From positions 62,001 through 126,000 of the IMG/VR virus record IMGVR_UViG_3300002835_000007: 64,000 bases of DNA; one strand, given 5' to 3'. Made by a program: the position numbers and the translations under genes. Numbering within the stretch: the stretch's first letter is position 1; every line of letters starts with the position of its first letter. Positions 57,425-64,000 of this stretch are shown here, piece after piece. The notes below the pieces were generated by a model. It had not been told where the DNA came from, ran no database searches, and saw only the letters and a program-made list of their open reading frames with translations.

Positions 57425-58870
57425 TTAGTTACCATAATATTTTATTGCGTCTTGAGCTGTTATACCTATTCCTTTTTCTTGCATTTCTTTATTGAAATCT
57501 TGTTGTTGTATTGGTCCTTGTTTGATGTAATTTATTGCATTTTTAAAATACTCTGAATCTCTAATAGTTTTTAAAGGACTTACACCATAAGGTTGTTTAC
57601 TAGATTTAGCAACTGTATAATCAGCAATTTTATCACCTTTATTAAAAGAAGCGTTGCTTCTCATTTCTTCTTTTTTTGTTTGACCAAAACCATGTATTGC
57701 TAATTCTATTTCAGATGGTTTTTCCTTGAACGCCCAACCACCACTAGCATTACCTTGTTGGTCTTTAAATAATTTAGCCTTAACAGTTTTAGTTTGACCA
57801 TTATTTGCAGTAACTGTTATTAATTTAATACCTTGTTGTTCTTCTTCTGGAGTTAAAACAGTGTTTTCATCAGCAGCGTCTACAACAGTATATTCAATAC
57901 CATGTACGTTTGTGTTATAACCATGTACATCACCTTCTTTAGCACATGATTGAACTAAACCACTTGCAGCGATTAAACACGCAAAAACAAATTCTCTAGC
58001 ACCTTCTTCTAAATTAGGGTTTAATAATTTTTCTTCTCCATTAGGGTATATTAATTTTACTGGTACATCGTCAACCATATCTGCTGGTACACCAGCTTTC
58101 ATTAATTCATTATCTAAATTTTTTGGTTCGTTTGGTTGTAGATTTTCTCTAAGCAATTTTTTAATAAAACTTTTTGTTTCATTTGTTTTTTTACCCCAAT
58201 ACTTTTTAGCTTCTTTTTCCATTTTTTCAATTCTATCATAATAATCTGGAAATTCAGATACATGGTCTTCAGCAATTTCAGTTTGTTTTTCTTCATCACT
58301 AGTGTGCTCAGATTCAATCTTTTTTCCTTTTTTTATTTGGTCTTTAACCATTTTTGTTGTAACATCAAATTTATCAGCAATTTCTTTTGGTGTTAGCTTA
58401 TCAGCTTTACCACCTTTTAATTTGTTTGATTCGTTAAGTTTTTTCTTATCCATAATTTTTTTTATTAAATTGAAGGTGATTATAAACACTGAACCACCAG
58501 GCAGCATAAACACAGCACCATACCCTAAACTTTTTAAAAGTTTTTTAAGGTCATCACCTATTTTTGTTTTTTGTTCTTTTGTTAATTCTTGACCAGTTTT
58601 GATTGATTTAACAATTGTCTTTACTGCATCTGAAGTGTTAACTACATTATCTTTGATTGAATCTTTAATGTTAACTATCGCAGCATACATTTTATCTCTA
58701 CCTACAGCGATTAAACTTTCATTTAGTTCTTCTAATTCTTCTGTTTTAACATTAGCGTGAAGAGCACCTAAATAATCATTAACATCACCAGTAGTACAAC
58801 CAACTTTTTTTTCGCTACCTTTTTTATAAACGCAATCTTTATCACCAACTTCTCTATGTGTATATGGCAT
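57425..58870 (-). CDS. multi-module putative virion protein with DUF5661-like domain
   Basis: KGGKAD...G..IE.EHT.D...EIA.DH..E.PDYY; modules separated by LNE/LLRE linkers. Confidence 0.6.
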   Translation of the reverse strand: MPYTHREVGDKDCVYKKGSEKKVGCTTGDVNDYLGALHANVKTEELEELNESLIAVGRDKMYAAIVNIKDSIKDNVVNTSDAVKTIVKSIKTGQELTKEQKTKIGDDLKKLLKSLGYGAVFMLPGGSVFIITFNLIKKIMDKKKLNESNKLKGGKADKLTPKEIADKFDVTTKMVKDQIKKGKKIESEHTSDEEKQTEIAEDHVSEFPDYYDRIEKMEKEAKKYWGKKTNETKSFIKKLLRENLQPNEPKNLDNELMKAGVPADMVDDVPVKLIYPNGEEKLLNPNLEEGAREFVFACLIAASGLVQSCAKEGDVHGYNTNVHGIEYTVVDAADENTVLTPEEEQQGIKLITVTANNGQTKTVKAKLFKDQQGNASGGWAFKEKPSEIELAIHGFGQTKKEEMRSNASFNKGDKIADYTVAKSSKQPYGVSPLKTIRDSEYFKNAINYIKQGPIQQQDFNKEMQEKGIGITAQDAIKYYGN

Positions 58871-58874
58871 AATC

Positions 58875-59279
58875 TTATTCGTATATTTCTGGGTGTATTC
58901 TACCCCATTTTCTTATTATCACACCAGCAACTGCATTAGCTTCATTTTCAAATTCACTACCATCCGCACCTGGGTCTTCCGCATCTTCAAAAGCACCACT
59001 TATATTTTGTTTATGATGAACTAATTCATGAGCAATTGACCTACATACATCGATAATTGCTCTATCTTTAACATAAATCTTAACTCTTTTATCACCATTA
59101 TTGTAGTAAGCTGTTGTTCTTAAATCTGGTGTTTTTTTAAACGCTAATTCAACTTTAACATCATCTTCTATTTTAAGATAATCTTTTGCAAAATTTACGA
59201 AATCAGCAACGTCTCTAACATCAGTTTCATCTTTTGTTAAAAGTCTTTCTCTTAATAATTGTTTAATTGTTGGTTTCAT
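58875..59279 (-). CDS. HExxH zinc metallopeptidase
   Basis: RSIAHELVHHKQ...ENEANA.AG. Confidence 0.75.
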   Translation of the reverse strand: MKPTIKQLLRERLLTKDETDVRDVADFVNFAKDYLKIEDDVKVELAFKKTPDLRTTAYYNNGDKRVKIYVKDRAIIDVCRSIAHELVHHKQNISGAFEDAEDPGADGSEFENEANAVAGVIIRKWGRIHPEIYE

Positions 59280-59325
59280 ACATATAAATATAAAAAAAGG
59301 CTGAAAAAAATTCAGCCTTTAATTA

Positions 59326-61839
59326 TTATTTTGTTTTTTTAGTCTTTGCTTGCTTTATGACCAATTCTTCTTTCTTCTCATCGAATGAAACTTCTATGGT
59401 TTCACCCTCTTTGAAATTTTCATTTAGAATCTCATCGGCTACTGTGTCCTCAACATAATGTTGGATTGCTCTAGCTAATGGTCTAGCACCATATGCTTCG
59501 TCATAACCTTGTCTTCCTAAGAATTCAATAGCTTCTTTGGTCACATTTAATTTATAACCCATTTCGATTACACGTTCTTCAAGTTTTTTGATTTCCAAGT
59601 AAATAATTTTATGGATATCTTCTTGTGATAAACTTTTGAATACGATAGCTTCATCAATACGATTTAAAAACTCTGGTTTGAATTTTTTCTTTAATGCTTT
59701 TTCAATAATTGAACGAGCTCTATTTTCTTCACCAACAATTGATGCTGCTGTTTCAAACCCCATTGTTTGACCAAATGTTGCAACTTCTTTAACACCAATG
59801 TTTGATGTCATAATAATAAGAGAGTTTTTAAAGTTAATTTTTCTACCTAAACCATCTGTTAGATGTCCTTCATCTAATAATTGAAGTAAAATATTGAAAA
59901 CATCTTCATGTGCTTTTTCAATCTCGTCAAATAAAATAACACAATGTGGTTTACGTCTAACTTTTTCAGTTAACTGACCACCTTGGTCATAACCAACGTA
60001 ACCTGGAGGTGGACCTACTAATCTAGATACCGAATGTTTCTCCATGTATTCTGACATGTCAATTCTAATTAAAGATTCTGCGTCACCATAAACTTGCTCT
60101 GCTAAAAATTTAGCTAACAACGTTTTACCGACACCAGTAGGACCTAAGAAGATAAATGAACCAACTGGTTTGTTTTTATCTTTAATTCCAATTCTATTTC
60201 TTTTGATTGCTTTAATAACTTTAGTTACTGCTTCATCTTGACCAATAACTTTACCCATTAACTCTTTATCTAAGTTCATTAATCTTTTACTTTCTTGTGT
60301 AGATATTTTTGTTAACGGAATACCAGTCATCATTGAAACCACCTCAGAAATAATTTCAACACCAACTTCAGTAACTTTTTTATCTAAAGTTGATTGCCAT
60401 TCAGCCATTACTTTTTCTAACTCTTCAGTGATTTTTTTCTCATCATCACGAAGTTTAGCTGCTTCTTCATATTTTTGTTTTTTTACAACATCTTTTTTCT
60501 TTTCGTTGATTTCTTTAATTTTTGATTCTAATTCTTTAATGTTTTCTGGTTTTTCAACACCAACATTAGTTGTTGCACCAGCTTCATCCAATACATCAAT
60601 AGCTTTATCTGGCATAGACCTATCCATGATATATCTAGCAGATAATTTAACACATTCTTCAATTGCTTCGTCAGTGTATTTTACTTTATGATGATTTTCA
60701 TATTTTTCTTTGATATTGTTTAAGATAACTTTTGTTTCTTCCAATGTTGGTTCTTCAACAAGTACTTGTTGGAAACGTCTAGTCAACGCACCATCTTTCT
60801 CAATGTTTTCTCTGTATTCATCTAATGTTGTTGCACCAATTACTTGCAGCTCACCACGTGCTAAAGCTGGTTTAAAGATGTTTGAAGCATCTAGTGAACC
60901 AGAAGCATTACCAGCACCTACAATTGTATGTAACTCATCTATAAACAAGACAACATCTGGATTTGCTTTACATTCTTCTAGAACAGCTTTCATTCTTTCT
61001 TCAAACTGTCCACGATATTTTGTACCAGCAACAATTGACGCTAAGTCTAAACTATAAATTTTCTTGTTGATTAATGTTCTAGGTGCGTTACCGTCTTTAA
61101 TAAGTTGAGCAAGTCCTTCAACAATAGATGTTTTACCAACACCAGGCTCACCTATCAAAACTGGATTATTCTTTTTTCTTCTAGATAAAATTTGAGATAC
61201 TCTTTTGATTTCTTTTTCACGACCAACAACTGGGTCAATTTCACCTTTTTCAACAGCTTTAGATACATCTCTACAGAAATTATCTAACACTGGAGTTTTA
61301 CTTTTGTTTTCAACAATTTTACTTTTCTTTCTAAAACTTTCAGTTTCGTCATTATCATCATCAATTGAACTGTTAGTAAACTTATCACCAGATGGTGAAT
61401 CTAACTTAACAATTCGTCTAAAATCGTAATAGTTTAACCCAATTTTGCTTAAAAATTCAGAAATATTATTTTTATTGTTCAACATAACTAATAGTATATG
61501 TTGCGTGTCAATCATGTTATGATTTAACTCTTCACATTGTTTTTCTAATTCTTTGATTAACGTTTTTGTTTCATCTGAAAATGGTAACGTTTTTCTAGTG
61601 CTAGTATAACCTCTAGGTGTTAAATCATTTTTTCTAATAAAATCAGAAAACTTATCATATAAATCTATAACATCAAGTTTAAAATGGTCTTTTAACATTT
61701 TTGTACACGTGTTATCATTGTCTGCTAATATAGATAAAAGGATATGTTCTGGTCTTACTTTAACATCTTCAAAAGCTTTAGCTTCTCCAGCTGATTTGCT
61801 CATAATCTGTTTTACTTTTGGGTAAACTTCTCTATTCAT
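59326..61839 (-). CDS. clpC: ATP-dependent Clp protease ATP-binding subunit (ClpC-like)
   Basis: Clp-N repeats, GEPGVGKT, UVR-like YEEAAKLRD, GPTGVGKT, GYVGY, MGF loop, GARPL. Confidence 0.92.
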   Translation of the reverse strand: MNREVYPKVKQIMSKSAGEAKAFEDVKVRPEHILLSILADNDNTCTKMLKDHFKLDVIDLYDKFSDFIRKNDLTPRGYTSTRKTLPFSDETKTLIKELEKQCEELNHNMIDTQHILLVMLNNKNNISEFLSKIGLNYYDFRRIVKLDSPSGDKFTNSSIDDDNDETESFRKKSKIVENKSKTPVLDNFCRDVSKAVEKGEIDPVVGREKEIKRVSQILSRRKKNNPVLIGEPGVGKTSIVEGLAQLIKDGNAPRTLINKKIYSLDLASIVAGTKYRGQFEERMKAVLEECKANPDVVLFIDELHTIVGAGNASGSLDASNIFKPALARGELQVIGATTLDEYRENIEKDGALTRRFQQVLVEEPTLEETKVILNNIKEKYENHHKVKYTDEAIEECVKLSARYIMDRSMPDKAIDVLDEAGATTNVGVEKPENIKELESKIKEINEKKKDVVKKQKYEEAAKLRDDEKKITEELEKVMAEWQSTLDKKVTEVGVEIISEVVSMMTGIPLTKISTQESKRLMNLDKELMGKVIGQDEAVTKVIKAIKRNRIGIKDKNKPVGSFIFLGPTGVGKTLLAKFLAEQVYGDAESLIRIDMSEYMEKHSVSRLVGPPPGYVGYDQGGQLTEKVRRKPHCVILFDEIEKAHEDVFNILLQLLDEGHLTDGLGRKINFKNSLIIMTSNIGVKEVATFGQTMGFETAASIVGEENRARSIIEKALKKKFKPEFLNRIDEAIVFKSLSQEDIHKIIYLEIKKLEERVIEMGYKLNVTKEAIEFLGRQGYDEAYGARPLARAIQHYVEDTVADEILNENFKEGETIEVSFDEKKEELVIKQAKTKKTK

Positions 61840-61948
61840 AATTTATATTTAATTTAGTTTAATTATGTGCAAAAATACATATAATTTTTTAATTAGTCAA
61901 TCTTGACTTCTAACATAAATATTAGTATATTTGTATAAAAAGTAAATA

Positions 61949-62191
61949 ATGAATTCAAATATTATACCTACCTTTAGAAAGGTTGAATTGTTAGTCAAAA
62001 CAGTTGTAAATGACGTAGTTATGCCTTCGTTAAGTAAGGTTGAATTTGAAGATGCTGGAATGTTCATAACTGGTAACTACGTGGTAATCACCACGAAAGA
62101 ATATAATGAAGAGATTAAAGAAGTTATCCAAACATCAAAAATATTTCATTTAAATGAGATAAATTCTTATAGAACACATAATAAAAAATAA
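61949..62191 (+). CDS. hypothetical protein
   Basis: own promoter. Confidence 0.65.
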   Translation: MNSNIIPTFRKVELLVKTVVNDVVMPSLSKVEFEDAGMFITGNYVVITTKEYNEEIKEVIQTSKIFHLNEINSYRTHNKK

Positions 62192-62207
62192 ATAAAAATA
62201 AAAAAGT

Positions 62208-62675
62208 ATGATTTTAAAAAGAAAAGAAAAAGACGGAATCGTAAAAGCAATTTATTCGTCATCAAACATTTGTGCATCGGTTTACAACACTGTTACAAAT
62301 GAATTAACAATTATTTTCAGTAATGGAGGCCAATACAAATACGTTGATGTTGCAGCAACTGATTACATGCGTTTTGAAACAGCAGATAGTCAAGGTTCAG
62401 TGTTAAACACAAACATCAAAAAATACACTAGCAGCAAATTGGATAATGTTGACACAACTGAAATATTAAAAGAAGTAGAACAAATTAAAGATTTAGAAGT
62501 ATCACAGATTACACCAGATGCTGCTGTAAAAGAAATGTTACAAAACATGAGTGATATTATCAGCAACTATTTGAAAAATGGTAATGTAACAACAGCTTCA
62601 TTAACTGGATTAAAAGATAAAATTTCAACTTTTGAAAAAGTTAAAAATTTAAAACCAGAAATTGTCCATGAATAA
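62208..62675 (+). CDS. KTSC domain protein
   Basis: SSNI...Y......L.I.F..G..Y.Y.DV...Y..F..A.SQG. Confidence 0.75.
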   Translation: MILKRKEKDGIVKAIYSSSNICASVYNTVTNELTIIFSNGGQYKYVDVAATDYMRFETADSQGSVLNTNIKKYTSSKLDNVDTTEILKEVEQIKDLEVSQITPDAAVKEMLQNMSDIISNYLKNGNVTTASLTGLKDKISTFEKVKNLKPEIVHE

Positions 62676-63939
62676 TCTAGATAAAACTTATACAGATTTA
62701 TTAAAAGACATTTTAGAAAATGGTACTCAGAAAGGTGATAGAACTGGAACGGGTACCATTTCTGTCTTTGGGAGACAAATTCGTCACAAAATGAGTGATG
62801 GTTTTCCACTTCTTACAACAAAGAAGATGTATATGAAAGGTATTATAACTGAACTTATATGGTTCTTACGTGGTGATACCAACATCAAATACCTTTTGGA
62901 TAATGATTGTCATATTTGGAATGGTGATGCTTATAAGAACTATTGGAATAGTATAGAAACCTCAGAATATGATGGATTTGGGCCTACATCAATTAAGTTA
63001 CCAACATTAACACAAGAAGAATTCATCAACAAAATCAAAACAGATGATAAGTTTGCTAATAAGTGGGGTGATTTAGGTCCAGTATATGGTAAGCAATGGA
63101 GAAGTTGGGGTGGTATAGATACAGACTCATTTTTAAATACAGATAATATTGAAGACCCATTATTAGGTGGTAGAGGTTTATTTTTTAAAGAATATGAGAT
63201 AGACCAAATCGCAAACCTAATCAATGACCTTAAAAACAATCCAGATTCAAGACGTTTGATGGTAAACGCTTGGAATGTTGGAGAATTAGATTCAATGGTA
63301 CTTCCACCTTGTCATTATGGATTTCAAGTTTATACAAGAGAATTGAGTTTGGAAGAAAGAAAAGTTATTGCTAAAAAAGTATTACCAATATTAAATACAT
63401 TTTTAGGAAACCAAAGTGAAGAAGGTTGGATAGAACAATGTGAAAAATTAAATATCCCAACCAGAGCAATTTCATTAATGTGGAATCAACGTTCAGTGGA
63501 TACATTCTTAGGTTTACCATTCAACATTGCTTCTTATGGATTGTTATTGGAAATCATTGCAAAAGAAGTTAATATGGTTCCAGATGAATTAATAGGGAAC
63601 TTGGGTGATGTTCACTTGTATTCAAATCATGTTGAACAAGCCATGGAACAGATTGGTAGATACTTGAGAGTTGATGAAAGAGTTTGTATGTGTTATGAGA
63701 ATCCTAAATTGGATTTAAGTAGATTACAAGAAGGAATGAGTGATGAAAAATTCACAAAAGTGTGTGATGAGTTTGAAATACCCAAAAGAACTAGAGAACC
63801 ATATCCATTACCTACACTAAATATTAAACTTCATTTTAATAATGAACCATCATTTGTTCCAGAACAATGGTTGATTGATGATTTTGAAATAATAGGTTAT
63901 AAAGCCCACCCAACTATAAAAGCACCATTATCAAATTAA
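62668..63939 (+). CDS. thyA: thymidylate synthase
   Basis: DRTGTGT, FPLLTTKK, ELIWFL.G, LGPVYGKQWR, SRR, LPPCH, QRSVD..LG.PFN, HLY.NH. Confidence 0.95.
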   Translation: MNNLDKTYTDLLKDILENGTQKGDRTGTGTISVFGRQIRHKMSDGFPLLTTKKMYMKGIITELIWFLRGDTNIKYLLDNDCHIWNGDAYKNYWNSIETSEYDGFGPTSIKLPTLTQEEFINKIKTDDKFANKWGDLGPVYGKQWRSWGGIDTDSFLNTDNIEDPLLGGRGLFFKEYEIDQIANLINDLKNNPDSRRLMVNAWNVGELDSMVLPPCHYGFQVYTRELSLEERKVIAKKVLPILNTFLGNQSEEGWIEQCEKLNIPTRAISLMWNQRSVDTFLGLPFNIASYGLLLEIIAKEVNMVPDELIGNLGDVHLYSNHVEQAMEQIGRYLRVDERVCMCYENPKLDLSRLQEGMSDEKFTKVCDEFEIPKRTREPYPLPTLNIKLHFNNEPSFVPEQWLIDDFEIIGYKAHPTIKAPLSN

Positions 63940-64000
63940 AAATTAAAAATATATGCCAGAAAGAAGCGACAATTATAGTGACTTAATTCCTCACCATAGA

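Noticed and set aside
60428-61429. Plus-strand ORFs inside clpC and other antisense shadow ORFs (e.g. 7723, 10593, 32880-, 54746-, 56440-, 62940-)
   Set aside because: Fully overlap well-supported genes on the other strand and show antisense amino-acid bias.
1-64000. tRNA/rRNA genes, integrase or transposase, alternative genetic code
   Set aside because: No cloverleaf with a T-loop GTTCRA, no recombinase motifs, and conserved genes are intact under code 11 with TAA, TAG and TGA all used as stops.

Overview
A 64 kb segment of a large, AT-rich dsDNA tailed phage, probably a jumbo phage of a Bacteroidota host. Evidence for the host: pervasive TTTG-N~20-TAnnTTTG promoters, A-rich leaders without Shine-Dalgarno motifs, and the standard genetic code. 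It has three zones. (1) 1-15.4 kb: small hypothetical genes, a DOT1-like methyltransferase, a beta-barrel protein and a four-paralog minus-strand array. (2) ~15.5-42.6 kb: a compositionally distinct, probably early/host-takeover region of about 55 small genes, most with their own promoter. It is depleted of ACCAG/CTGGT and AGCT, and bounded by a parS-like site on the left and C-rich/A-tract repeats on the right. (3) 42.8-64 kb: core-type genes (HNH nucleases, PcfJ-like, GT2 + LpxH-like, thioredoxin, LRR protein, YkuK RNase H-like, frameshifted ABC-ATPase/GNAT, ClpC, KTSC, ThyA). The most striking signal is in zone 2: 13 dispersed copies of a non-coding element. Each copy has its own promoter, divergent from a neighbouring early gene. 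Each would give a short RNA with a variable 5' leader, a covarying hairpin (G-U pairs, GNRA loops) and an invariant AGA(G/C)UAGACUCC core in fixed register. This is a candidate undescribed multi-copy phage sRNA family. All family assignments are from motif recognition by eye and all counts are manual.
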